From a virus (taxonomy: Duplodnaviria; Caudoviricetes), in IMG/VR virus record IMGVR_UViG_3300035670_005978, positions 1-47,672 of that record: a DNA stretch of 47,672 nt; one strand, 5' to 3'. Of the stretch, positions 36,978 through 44,727 are shown piece by piece (positions within the stretch are counted from its first letter, which is position 1; each line of letters starts with the position of its first letter). The notes below the pieces were generated by a model. The model was given only the letters and a program-made list of their open reading frames with translations, ran no database searches and was not told where the DNA came from. Both the position numbers and the translations under genes were made by a program.

Positions 36978-37860
36978 TTTGTATTTGCCTATATCTTTCA
37001 ATAAATAATTCTGCCGTGTGCTTATGAGTATGTATGCCCCAATGTCCCAAATCCTTTTTAGCATCATAGTCTGCAGCCCAATCAAATAATTTGTGTTTTG
37101 ATTCTTTTGCACAGCCCTTACCTTCATTCCATTGGCAGCCAGACAAAGCATCTGAGGTTCTTAAATAATTTTTTAAAGTATTTGGTGCTGATTGCATATA
37201 TATTTCAATTTCCTTGCTATCATATATACTCCAAATAAATTTTATTTTATTAGACTTGCAATATTGTTCAAGCATTTGTATTAGCATAAAATTGTAAAAT
37301 ATAGAAAATTCTCTTGGAATAACAAACTCTGGGTCGTGTGGAATTTTAGAAAATTCAATTGGTTTTTCTTGATAAAAATGTGCTATTCCAATTGTTGTTC
37401 TTTCTAACTCAGTATTTCCAGATCTAATAGAAGCCAAAAATTTATTTGGAATAGAAACAAACTCTAGTCTATATAATGGAAATGTTCCTACAACTATTTC
37501 TGGATTACCTATTTCTTCAAAATATTTAAATGCTTTATAAACTTGAGCACCTATACTATCCCCTGGCACAGCCAACCTTGAATACTTTTTATTAATAGAA
37601 TTAGAAAAAAGTTCTGGCCAAGTAAATTCATTTGGCATTCCAGAACCGTATGTTTGAGAGCACCCTAATACTAAAATTTCATTATTTTTGTTAAAGTCTA
37701 TAGATCTATACCCATGACTATTTATGTTGTACTCAATTTTTTCAACAATATCTTCATTAGAATATGCTATTTTTGAAAAATCGTTTGGAGATCTTCTGCT
37801 TGCTCTAGATAAATTTCTATATATTAGAATTCGAATTTCGTCTATTTGATTATCATCCAT
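36970..37860 (-). CDS. SGNH/GDSL hydrolase-like protein, leaderless
   Basis: INSHGYR, LGCSQTYG, D..HWG..H; TGcTATAAT-N7-ATG. Confidence 0.7.
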   Translation of the reverse strand: MDDNQIDEIRILIYRNLSRASRRSPNDFSKIAYSNEDIVEKIEYNINSHGYRSIDFNKNNEILVLGCSQTYGSGMPNEFTWPELFSNSINKKYSRLAVPGDSIGAQVYKAFKYFEEIGNPEIVVGTFPLYRLEFVSIPNKFLASIRSGNTELERTTIGIAHFYQEKPIEFSKIPHDPEFVIPREFSIFYNFMLIQMLEQYCKSNKIKFIWSIYDSKEIEIYMQSAPNTLKNYLRTSDALSGCQWNEGKGCAKESKHKLFDWAADYDAKKDLGHWGIHTHKHTAELFIERYRQIQND

Positions 37861-37873
37861 AAAACTATTATAG

Positions 37874-37946
37874 CACCCTCGATTGGATTTGAACCAACGA
37901 CAAACGGATTAGAAGTCCGCTACTCTATCCACTGAGTTACGAGGGT
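37874..37946 (-). tRNA. tRNA-Arg(UCU), CCA not encoded
   Basis: ACCCTCG/CGAGGGT acceptor, GCGGA-cttctaa-TCCGT, GGTTCAAATCC. Confidence 0.92.
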
Positions 37947-37954
37947 AAAATAAA

Positions 37955-38110
37955 TGCCAACCACGAAGTCCGTTTTTACGGAAGAATCAACTGTTGGCTC
38001 TGTTCCCTAGACCTCAACTAAGTGGACATTCTCGACAAATGCTACCCACCGTTTTAGCCAGCGTAATTTTCGGGGCAGTTGTACTTAACCTGAGTCGAAT
38101 CTGGTTAAGC
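37955..38110 (-). ncRNA. candidate structured RNA between tRNAs
   Basis: Three stem-loops in a non-coding, GC-elevated spacer. Confidence 0.35.
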
Positions 38111-38114
38111 CTTG

Positions 38115-38188
38115 TACAGCAGGTCAGACTTGAACTGACGATAACCGAATTATGAGTTCGGGGCCTTGACCAACTTGGCTACTGCTGC
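38115..38188 (-). tRNA. tRNA with CAU anticodon (elongator Met or Ile2)
   Basis: GCAGCAG/CTGCTGT acceptor, CCGAA-ctcataa-TTCGG, GTTCAAG T-loop. Confidence 0.88.
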
Positions 38189-38482
38189 TTAGTCTTTCAG
38201 TCTCTTAAGTATCTCATGTGTGTTGGGATCTGCTAACATCTCATCAATAGCATCTGAAACTTCCTGTCTAACTGGCGGTATAGAATATTTATCATTCTTC
38301 GTAATCTTATTAAGAAGATTCATTATCCTTACACAGTCATCATGTCTCCACCATGTATAACAAAATAGTTTTTCTTCAGACTCAACTATATTAGGACAAG
38401 ACTTATACTCTTCAATGATCTGGTCTATAATGACCTTCTGTGCCTTTTTACAGCCATTACAAGGACAAACCCAGTTAGACAC
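38189..38482 (-). CDS. Cys-rich hypothetical protein
   Basis: CPCNGC...C...C..HDDC. Confidence 0.65.
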   Translation of the reverse strand: MSNWVCPCNGCKKAQKVIIDQIIEEYKSCPNIVESEEKLFCYTWWRHDDCVRIMNLLNKITKNDKYSIPPVRQEVSDAIDEMLADPNTHEILKRLKD

Positions 38483-38660
38483 CTTTTACCTTTTTGATAG
38501 CATCAAGAACAAGCATTTTCATGCCAAGTCCATTTAATTTTCCATCTGATATATCAATGGCTTCAATATCTGCAATAATCTTATCTTTTACAGATTTTAC
38601 TATTTTATGAGTACCGTTGCATTCTGGGTACTCAGTTGAAAAACCACAACCACATGGCAT
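38475..38660 (-). CDS. CDGSH (NEET-type) 2Fe-2S protein
   Basis: CGCGFSTEYPECNGTH fits C-x-C-x2-S-x3-P-x-C-(D/N)-G-(S/T)-H; GGAG RBS. Confidence 0.8.
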   Translation of the reverse strand: MPCGCGFSTEYPECNGTHKIVKSVKDKIIADIEAIDISDGKLNGLGMKMLVLDAIKKVKGV

Positions 38661-38671
38661 ATTTATCTCCT

Positions 38672-38935
38672 CTAGTATACTGTTTCTTTTTTTACTACAA
38701 TATCAAGTATACCGCCTAAATCTTTTTCTGGCAAGTCATGAAAGTAGTATGAGCCATCTTCTTTAATACCCCAGCCACGCCAACCATCTTCTTCACACCA
38801 GAATGCAGATGTTGTTTTCATAGATTCTGGATCATTTAATGTGCGAGTAATAGAGTTAAACCAATCTACTTCTGCAAAAATAGCAACACGCAATCTATCC
38901 CAAGAAAACAATAGATTAATTATTTTATCTAACAT
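38672..38935 (-). CDS. hypothetical protein
   Basis: 87-aa ORF in operon context. Confidence 0.65.
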   Translation of the reverse strand: MLDKIINLLFSWDRLRVAIFAEVDWFNSITRTLNDPESMKTTSAFWCEEDGWRGWGIKEDGSYYFHDLPEKDLGGILDIVVKKETVY

Positions 38936-39095
38936 TTCCAGCCATGCTGCTTAGAGATTGACCCAAGATTTCTGCTCTTTTTGCCAACTGCTGGCGTTCA
39001 AACTTAGAAAGGTAGGGCTTATCTTTTAGTCTTTTTTTATTTTTAGCATATCTCTTTGATTTTTGTTGAGATACTCTGTTGTTATTCTTTTTCAT
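38928..39095 (-). CDS. small basic protein, leaderless
   Basis: TTGACT-N17-TATGAT-N6-ATG; MKRITTEYLNKNQREY... Confidence 0.55.
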
Positions 39096-39126
39096 ATATA
39101 TATCATATCATAGTTAGCCTGTTTAG

Positions 39127-39576
39127 TCAACTACGATCTCCATCCCATGTTCCTATCTTAGTAGTTGGTATATTATTTTCTTCCCACAACCTAATTACAT
39201 GCGGGTTGTCGTCAACCGCATGAGCAACTTCCCAGAGTTCGTTGATCTTATTTAGTATATCTTTTTTAGCCTCATAGTCTGGCCTATTATCGTTGTCTGC
39301 TCTCATAAACAAAGCATGGCTTTTTATATTATTTTTTTGTAGCCAGAGTGATGTTATACCACGATACTTTTCTTTTCTTGATGTAACAATAATTACAGAA
39401 AATTTATCACTATAAGAATTATTTAACATCTCAACAACTTCTGTATTCGGCAGGGCATCAATAGAAGAATAATGAAAGGCATCGTAATCTCTATTGCCAC
39501 CACGAACATGGTGCAAAAATGGATCTACATTTGCAAGGGTGCCGTCAACATCATAGATGTGTGCTTTTGGTTTCAC
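39127..39576 (-). CDS. HAD phosphatase, polynucleotide 3'-phosphatase-like
   Basis: DVDGTL, VTSR, MRADNDNRPD..K, VDD. Confidence 0.85.
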   Translation of the reverse strand: MKPKAHIYDVDGTLANVDPFLHHVRGGNRDYDAFHYSSIDALPNTEVVEMLNNSYSDKFSVIIVTSRKEKYRGITSLWLQKNNIKSHALFMRADNDNRPDYEAKKDILNKINELWEVAHAVDDNPHVIRLWEENNIPTTKIGTWDGDRS

Positions 39577-39677
39577 TTATGCTCTTTCATATGCCTAGAC
39601 AGAGATTCGTTTGCCATAATGCCCCATCTTAATTCCCACTCTTTTTTACAGATTGGACACTCTAATGTTCTGCTCAT
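39573..39677 (-). CDS. 34-aa C2H2-type zinc finger
   Basis: CPIC...LSRHMKEH; GTGA overlap. Confidence 0.6.
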   Translation of the reverse strand: MSRTLECPICKKEWELRWGIMANESLSRHMKEHK

Positions 39678-39778
39678 AATTAATTTTGATCAACTTTGTA
39701 TGTCATTACAAAGTAACAAAATACATACCCAGCAATAAACGCAGGTACGAGGAAGAATGCACTAATCATAATAATCTC

Positions 39779-40027
39779 CTAAATGTTTAGTTCGTTAACT
39801 GGCTCTTTTGACCAATGTATGTAAGATCTAATGTATACCGCTGCATATGCGAGGGCAGAGACAATGAATCCATATTGCTCAGTAACTATAGCGTATGTAA
39901 TCCATAACGCCTCATTAAACAATAGGACATTCCAACCCCACTTATCTTTGCGACCAACAAAGTATATGCCTGCCACTCCAATGACAGCCAACACCCATGA
40001 GCCGTATGTATAGATTAAGTCTTGCAT
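39779..40027 (-). CDS. small membrane protein (PnuC-like half unit), leaderless
   Basis: Three TM segments, WGW..LWITY; TTGACA-N17-TATACT-N6-ATG. Confidence 0.65.
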   Translation of the reverse strand: MQDLIYTYGSWVLAVIGVAGIYFVGRKDKWGWNVLLFNEALWITYAIVTEQYGFIVSALAYAAVYIRSYIHWSKEPVNELNI

Positions 40028-40058
40028 ATATTCAGTATACCCTACTTAGGTCGTATTG

Positions 40059-40289
40059 TCAAATATCTCTGCCCTTGGTTTTAAACCATGAGCCAATAAT
40101 GCCATTTAATACTTTGTTTCTTAATACTTCAGCAAATGTCCCATGTGGTATTTCAGAGCCTAGGTATTCCTGGCCTGTTTCAAGATCTATTAGTTTCCAC
40201 TTGGCTGGTGCTTTGGTGTGAATAATCAAATCGATAGGTTTATCATATGATTCGACTTCCGAGCCATCTTTCAATATTCTTTTATTCAT
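40059..40289 (-). CDS. hypothetical protein
   Basis: 76-aa ORF, TKAPAKWKLIDLETG. Confidence 0.7.
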   Translation of the reverse strand: MNKRILKDGSEVESYDKPIDLIIHTKAPAKWKLIDLETGQEYLGSEIPHGTFAEVLRNKVLNGIIGSWFKTKGRDI

Positions 40290-40302
40290 TTTTCCCTATC
40301 GT

Positions 40303-40428
40303 CTAAGATACAAATTCGACGGAAAAATGGTCTGAGCAGACATCGCTCACAATATATTCATCATTATTTAATACAACATCGTAAAATGTTGCATCTTTGT
40401 CACAATAAAAACATTTAGATTTTTCCAT
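40303..40428 (-). CDS. 41-aa zinc-binding protein, leaderless
   Basis: CFYC...C..H; TGaTATAAT-N6-ATG. Confidence 0.6.
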   Translation of the reverse strand: MEKSKCFYCDKDATFYDVVLNNDEYIVSDVCSDHFSVEFVS

Positions 40429-40481
40429 AGATTGATTATATCATGCTTTAAAGTTCGGCGGAAAATAGAAAAGAAAACCTA

Positions 40482-40997
40482 TCAATGCCCTACAAGGGCA
40501 CTATCGGTTACTTTTTCATGTGTTGGCCAATAATATTTACAAGGCTCTTTACGCTCAGGACAGCATGGTGCATTGTTAATGCTTGTAACTGCATATTGGA
40601 ATGGTGCGTACAACAATGGATCTTTCTTAAATAGGTTTGCACGATGAGTAGTTACAATACGAAGCAGTTTGTTCTCATCTTGGAAATAATCAGGAATGGT
40701 ATTGCCCCAATCGTCCCAACACATATCTTTAAGGTTATTAAGGTTTGCCTCATTGTTTTCAGTCTTGATGCCACGAGACTTGGCTTCTGTAATCATAGCC
40801 TGTACATAAGACCACAGGCCACGCTCAAAGCCTTTCCACATCAATACTGCTGGATGGTTGCGCCAACCACCTGTAGGAGACTTGCCAGAAAGGACATTGA
40901 GGATTTGATAGCACTCTAATATTTGTTTGTTGAGGCGCTTGCTGTCCAAAATGGCAGCAGCCACACTATAGTCTGATTGTGGTAGAAAGGTTTGCAT
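40482..40997 (-). CDS. pyrimidine-dimer DNA glycosylase family protein, leaderless
   Basis: MQTFLP..LD.KRLNKQ..E..QIL, HPAVLMW, HRANL..KD; TTGACA-N17-TAGACT-N6-ATG. Confidence 0.85.
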   Translation of the reverse strand: MQTFLPQSDYSVAAAILDSKRLNKQILECYQILNVLSGKSPTGGWRNHPAVLMWKGFERGLWSYVQAMITEAKSRGIKTENNEANLNNLKDMCWDDWGNTIPDYFQDENKLLRIVTTHRANLFKKDPLLYAPFQYAVTSINNAPCCPERKEPCKYYWPTHEKVTDSALVGH

Positions 40998-41028
40998 GTA
41001 TCCAGTCTATCAAAAACTGGGCGGTATG

Positions 41029-41124
41029 TCAACCAACTATGGCTGCAACTATAATAATAGCAATAATAATGCCAAAGAAGCCTGTTAGGATTCTAACGCT
41101 TTGATCTATTTTTTTCTGGTTCAT
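41029..41124 (-). CDS. 31-aa single-TM peptide, leaderless
   Basis: TATAAT-N6-ATG; MNQKKIDQSVRILTGFFGIIIAIIIVAAIVG. Confidence 0.6.
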   Translation of the reverse strand: MNQKKIDQSVRILTGFFGIIIAIIIVAAIVG

Positions 41125-41164
41125 GTATCAATTATACCCTATTTGGGCAAGGTATAATAAAGTA

Positions 41165-41479
41165 ATGACCCTACTATATATACTCTACAGCCCCATACAC
41201 AAGGCTATCAAAATAGGCATATCGGACATATCTGGTAAAAGGTTTGCAAGCCATAGGACCAAAGGCTGGATACTAATTAAGTATTGGTCATTTTCTCGGC
41301 GGGATCAAGCAAGAGCAGTAGAAACCCTAGTATTACAAACCCTAAGAAAGAAACATGGACATTTCCTGGATAAGGACGATATGCCACAAGGGGGATATAC
41401 GGAGACATTTGACGCTAGTAAGATAACAAGACGAGGTTTGATCCGTATGGTCAATGGGGCTATAAGACAGTGTTCGTAA
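41165..41479 (+). CDS. GIY-YIG/T5orf172-like protein, leaderless
   Basis: LYILY...IKIGIS...R...E...GYTETF; TATAAT-N6-ATG. Confidence 0.7.
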   Translation: MTLLYILYSPIHKAIKIGISDISGKRFASHRTKGWILIKYWSFSRRDQARAVETLVLQTLRKKHGHFLDKDDMPQGGYTETFDASKITRRGLIRMVNGAIRQCS

Positions 41480-41515
41480 TCTTATTTCCCCCCGATTTTA
41501 TGGTAAACTAGATAT

Positions 41516-41767
41516 ATGGATCCCAAACTATGTAATGCTAGTCCTCAAGGCATAGGTCATGCTGGAGAGTATGGGAAGGTAGGGTTTTGTAGGTGTGGTA
41601 GGTTTATATCACATGAATCTAACAAGCAGTGTGAGGTTTTAGATACTGCCAACGATAAAGAGTATTTGCCAAAACCAGATGATTGCCAATGTATGCCAAC
41701 AAACTGCCCATGTGGTGAGTTTTTATCTCACAGTGTGTTTGAGCCTTGTACTAGTTTAACTCAATAA
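41516..41767 (+). CDS. Cys/His-rich protein with internal repeat, leaderless
   Basis: CRCGRFISH / CPCGEFLSH; TGgTAAACT-N6-ATG. Confidence 0.6.
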   Translation: MDPKLCNASPQGIGHAGEYGKVGFCRCGRFISHESNKQCEVLDTANDKEYLPKPDDCQCMPTNCPCGEFLSHSVFEPCTSLTQ

Positions 41768-41930
41768 GTCCTTTGGTTTCAAGGCATATCGTGCATGTCT
41801 CAAAAAATGCTCCATTGCCTATATCTGGAATGAAACGATAATCCCACTCACATTCATGGGGTGTTTCTCTGGCTAGTCTTACACGATCAAAAAACTCTTG
41901 TTGTTTTTGAATAAAGTCATCTATGTCCAT
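41751..41930 (-). CDS. 59-aa zinc-binding hypothetical protein
   Basis: HEC...CTIC; GGAG RBS. Confidence 0.6.
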   Translation of the reverse strand: MDIDDFIQKQQEFFDRVRLARETPHECEWDYRFIPDIGNGAFFETCTICLETKGLIELN

Positions 41931-42048
41931 CTTTGTTTATCTCCTCTAGTATACGCCTTGCTAGTTCGTGAGACTCTTTTTCCTTATGTTTGGTTTTAAG
42001 ATAAGGACTTATTATCTTGGCTATCAGGTCTAACATTTTTTGATCCAT
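41917..42048 (-). CDS. small hypothetical protein
   Basis: MDQKMLDLIAKII...; TATAAT upstream. Confidence 0.5.
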   Translation of the reverse strand: MDQKMLDLIAKIISPYLKTKHKEKESHELARRILEEINKDGHR

Positions 42049-42067
42049 AAGCAAAAATATTATAGCA

Positions 42068-42196
42068 TTATTCTTCAAATGAGGCTTGCTGTTCAAACAT
42101 TTTGTCCTGGCATTTTGGACATTGTTTCGTAATGTTATTTGTGTCATAGGGGGCTTTATACATTACCCCGCAACTAAAGCATAAAATATCTATCAT
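42068..42196 (-). CDS. 42-aa zinc ribbon
   Basis: CFSC...CPKC; TGcTACAAT upstream. Confidence 0.55.
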   Translation of the reverse strand: MIDILCFSCGVMYKAPYDTNNITKQCPKCQDKMFEQQASFEE

Positions 42197-42209
42197 AGAT
42201 TACCATTGT

Positions 42210-42229
42210 AGCATAGTTATCCACAGGTT
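42210..42229 (+). repeat. 20-bp direct repeat, copy A, containing a DnaA box
   Basis: AGCATAGTTATCCACAGGTT, identical at 42663-42682. Confidence 0.9.
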
Positions 42230-42605
42230 ACACCTGAGAAGTTGTCCAAATAAAGAACAATACAAATAATGAAAGAGTCGCCAATTGAACTGACAAAGAT
42301 GTAAAAAATTCTTTTTTACTTCGTTTTGGCAAAGGTTTTAGTTGCTTATAAAGACTGCTAACGGTTTCTTGAATGCTATTTAGAGAGTCAAGATCATATA
42401 TCTGTTCAGCAAGACGGTTTGCTGCAAGTGTTTCACGCACAATAGTCCATCTATTTTGAGAGTCTTGTTCTTTGAGCCTATCAAGGTCTCGTGAGACTTC
42501 ATTTAGATATTCTCTTGCAAGATCCTCATCAGGAAGCAAACTTTGAAAAGTAGACTTAATCTTTAGTTTTGCTACTGTTGCTGACTCTCCTTGTACAAAG
42601 ATCAT
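42228..42605 (-). CDS. C-terminally anchored membrane protein
   Basis: AAGGA RBS, own promoter TTGACA-N17-TATACT (42636-42663), C-terminal TM. Confidence 0.7.
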   Translation of the reverse strand: MIFVQGESATVAKLKIKSTFQSLLPDEDLAREYLNEVSRDLDRLKEQDSQNRWTIVRETLAANRLAEQIYDLDSLNSIQETVSSLYKQLKPLPKRSKKEFFTSLSVQLATLSLFVLFFIWTTSQV

Positions 42606-42662
42606 TTTTTTCCTTTTTTAGTAGTTATATCTCAAGTATATACCCGCAGAAAAGGTTTGTCA

Positions 42663-42690
42663 AGCATAGTTATCCACAGGTTTATCCACA
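42663..42690 (+). repeat. 20-bp direct repeat, copy B, plus a third DnaA box
   Basis: TTATCCACA at 42670-42678 and 42682-42690. Confidence 0.9.
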
Positions 42691-43450
42691 TAAAAATCTT
42701 ACTGATATTATTATTAGATAGGGTTAAAGTGGAGTAAAGTGGAGGATAGTGGAGTAGGGCGCACTTTTAACGATGGCGTTCGTAATCCTTTTTAACAAAC
42801 CTTCATATCCCAAACCTTCAAACCTTCGTACCACATTTGCCCGATATTGTCAAACCATCATATCCAGATATAAGGTTTGGGCATTATACATGCAAAACAA
42901 TGGTTTGTCAAGTCCTTTTATGCATGAAATATGCCCATAAAAATCTACCAAAACCAGGGGGAAATTGTCGATAATCGTAATGTTTTTTAAAGAAATTATT
43001 TAAAATATATAGAAAACCAGGGAAAAAAATTTGTTATTCTATAGGGGGTAGTTTTGCTACTCTTTATCCCCCGCTTTTTCGAGCGGGATCGGATAGGGCG
43101 CTGGCCCGCCCGCTTGATCGGCGTTTTTGGCGGGGGATTTAGAAGGAAAGAATACTCTTAAGGTTACTATACTATATAACATACCTGTTATAGCACCTAC
43201 TTTGTTTTCGATACGCTTTTCCATATCTCTTTCTTTTTCAGAGACATGGTACTTTCTTGAATATAGTTTAGCAAAGTGGTGTGGCATATATTAATTATAC
43301 ACCTGGTTTGACAAACCAAGGTTTCTATGGTACAAGGTTTGGGGATATAAAGGTTTGGATCGTAATGTTCAGCAGGGGGAAAGTTTTAGGGGTTCGTAAT
43401 GTCCTTCGTAATAAGGTTTGAAGGTTTGTGGTTTGACAAATCCCCAAAAA
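42690..43450. repeat. repeat-rich region (CAAACC/GGTTTG, TCGTAAT, AGTGGAG); candidate origin or terminus-associated site
   Basis: More than 10 CAAACC/GGTTTG copies, AGTGGAG x3 at a 10-bp period, AT-rich tract near 42985-43012. Confidence 0.6.
43057..43287 (-). CDS. hypothetical protein, leaderless
   Basis: TATAAT-N6-ATG; the GC-rich 3' part is atypical. Confidence 0.5.
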   Translation of the reverse strand: MPHHFAKLYSRKYHVSEKERDMEKRIENKVGAITGMLYSIVTLRVFFPSKSPAKNADQAGGPAPYPIPLEKAGDKE

Positions 43451-43466
43451 TCTGGCACGGGCGCTT

Positions 43467-43730
43467 TTATGCGTCCTCCTCCAGAAGATCCGTTATGTCT
43501 TCAAACCCTGTATCCTCAAGATCCAAACCCTCAATCAATAGATTCCAGGATTCGTTTATATACTGTTCTAGTGTAGGAGTATGATTTACTATACCCTCGG
43601 CAAATGCAAATGCAAGTGGCAGCCCCAAATCGTTGTACTCAAAGAAATCTGCTAACTCGTCATCTGATTTATAGTTTAACCATAGTTGGCCCAAGATCAG
43701 GGCCTTGTTCTCAAAAGTTGTTGCGGGCAT
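43467..43730 (-). CDS. acidic hypothetical protein
   Basis: AAGGAGG RBS; FFEYNDLGLPLA. Confidence 0.75.
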   Translation of the reverse strand: MPATTFENKALILGQLWLNYKSDDELADFFEYNDLGLPLAFAFAEGIVNHTPTLEQYINESWNLLIEGLDLEDTGFEDITDLLEEDA

Positions 43731-43917
43731 AGTTGGTCCCCTCCTTGGTTTCCTTCGCTGCTTCGGCTATTACCTGAATACGATTATACACTACATAAGG
43801 CTGCGAGGTTGCGATATATTCGCCAACTCGTTCTAAATCAACTCTGAGGTCAGATACGACATCACCAATATTTTTGGCAACCTTCTCTTCCTCTGTAATT
43901 ATTCGTCTAATTCGCAT
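43711..43917 (-). CDS. hypothetical protein
   Basis: GGAGG RBS; TGaTACAAT promoter upstream. Confidence 0.75.
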   Translation of the reverse strand: MRIRRIITEEEKVAKNIGDVVSDLRVDLERVGEYIATSQPYVVYNRIQVIAEAAKETKEGTNYARNNF

Positions 43918-43942
43918 AGTATTCCTCCATTGTCATTGTATC

Positions 43943-43983
43943 AAAAAAGTGGTGGAAGGGCAACCCCACGCTGCCCCTCCACC
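43943..43983 (-). terminator. Rho-independent terminator
   Basis: GGTGGAGGGGCAGC/GTTGCCCTTCCACC stem followed by T6. Confidence 0.8.
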
Positions 43984-44003
43984 GATGTCTAGGTGACCCA
44001 AAC

Positions 44004-44363
44004 CTAGACTTTCGCAGTTAAAGCCACTCCATGGTAATTAATAAAATCCTCGAATGTGTGGTCGCCAGTCTCATCTATAACAATCTTGTTAACTAGGTCG
44101 ATTGTGATATCTGGATGGTCCCCTCCATATGCACCGCTGCTGTTACTGGCCCATAGCCCAAAGCCTAGTTCCTGGTCCCACTGGTCCCCAATCAACTGAG
44201 ACACAATGATACGAGTCGCATAGGATGAATCATTCCAGCGTGGCTCTGCAGTCCGCAGCGCATGCGCCAGGGCCTCAAACCTATCGCTGCCACCCCAATG
44301 GCTGTACAAGTTAACTGATAGGCCTTCACCCTGGTCGATTGTGTATACTATTCTGTCTCCCAT
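44004..44363 (-). CDS. hypothetical phage protein
   Basis: MGDR...LYSHWGG; GAGGAG RBS. Confidence 0.75.
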   Translation of the reverse strand: MGDRIVYTIDQGEGLSVNLYSHWGGSDRFEALAHALRTAEPRWNDSSYATRIIVSQLIGDQWDQELGFGLWASNSSGAYGGDHPDITIDLVNKIVIDETGDHTFEDFINYHGVALTAKV

Positions 44364-44365
44364 GA

Positions 44366-44695
44366 TTACTCCTCATCTCCAATAAACTCAATAAGAACCT
44401 TGGCAACTCGTCCATCCTCGTTGTATTGTACATAGACAGGATAGACTCCGTCGCCATAGCCTGAACTAAATACTACTGACCTACCGTCGCCTAGCACTCC
44501 AGCACTAGACTCAATTGTAGTGGCACTAGCACCATGATAGGAATACTGACCTACCTTGCCCTCTAAATTCCACTCATCGTTTCTATTGCTTTTCCACTCA
44601 TCAAGATAGCAGGGGTCGCCTACCATAACCTGACCGCTATCTACGCCGAAACTACCGACATACTCTAGCCCTTCAATAACTCTGCCTTTTTCCAT
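44366..44695 (-). CDS. DUF4241-like protein
   Basis: GVDSGQV..GDP, SGYGDGVYPV. Confidence 0.65.
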   Translation of the reverse strand: MEKGRVIEGLEYVGSFGVDSGQVMVGDPCYLDEWKSNRNDEWNLEGKVGQYSYHGASATTIESSAGVLGDGRSVVFSSGYGDGVYPVYVQYNEDGRVAKVLIEFIGDEE

Positions 44696-44727
44696 TTTAT
44701 CTCCTTTAGGTCGTTTATTCTATTATC

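Noticed and set aside
39680-39769. Programmed frameshift in a tiny membrane ORF at a G4 run
   Set aside because: Both frames give short plausible peptides; it cannot be told from a sequencing error or neutral variation without reads
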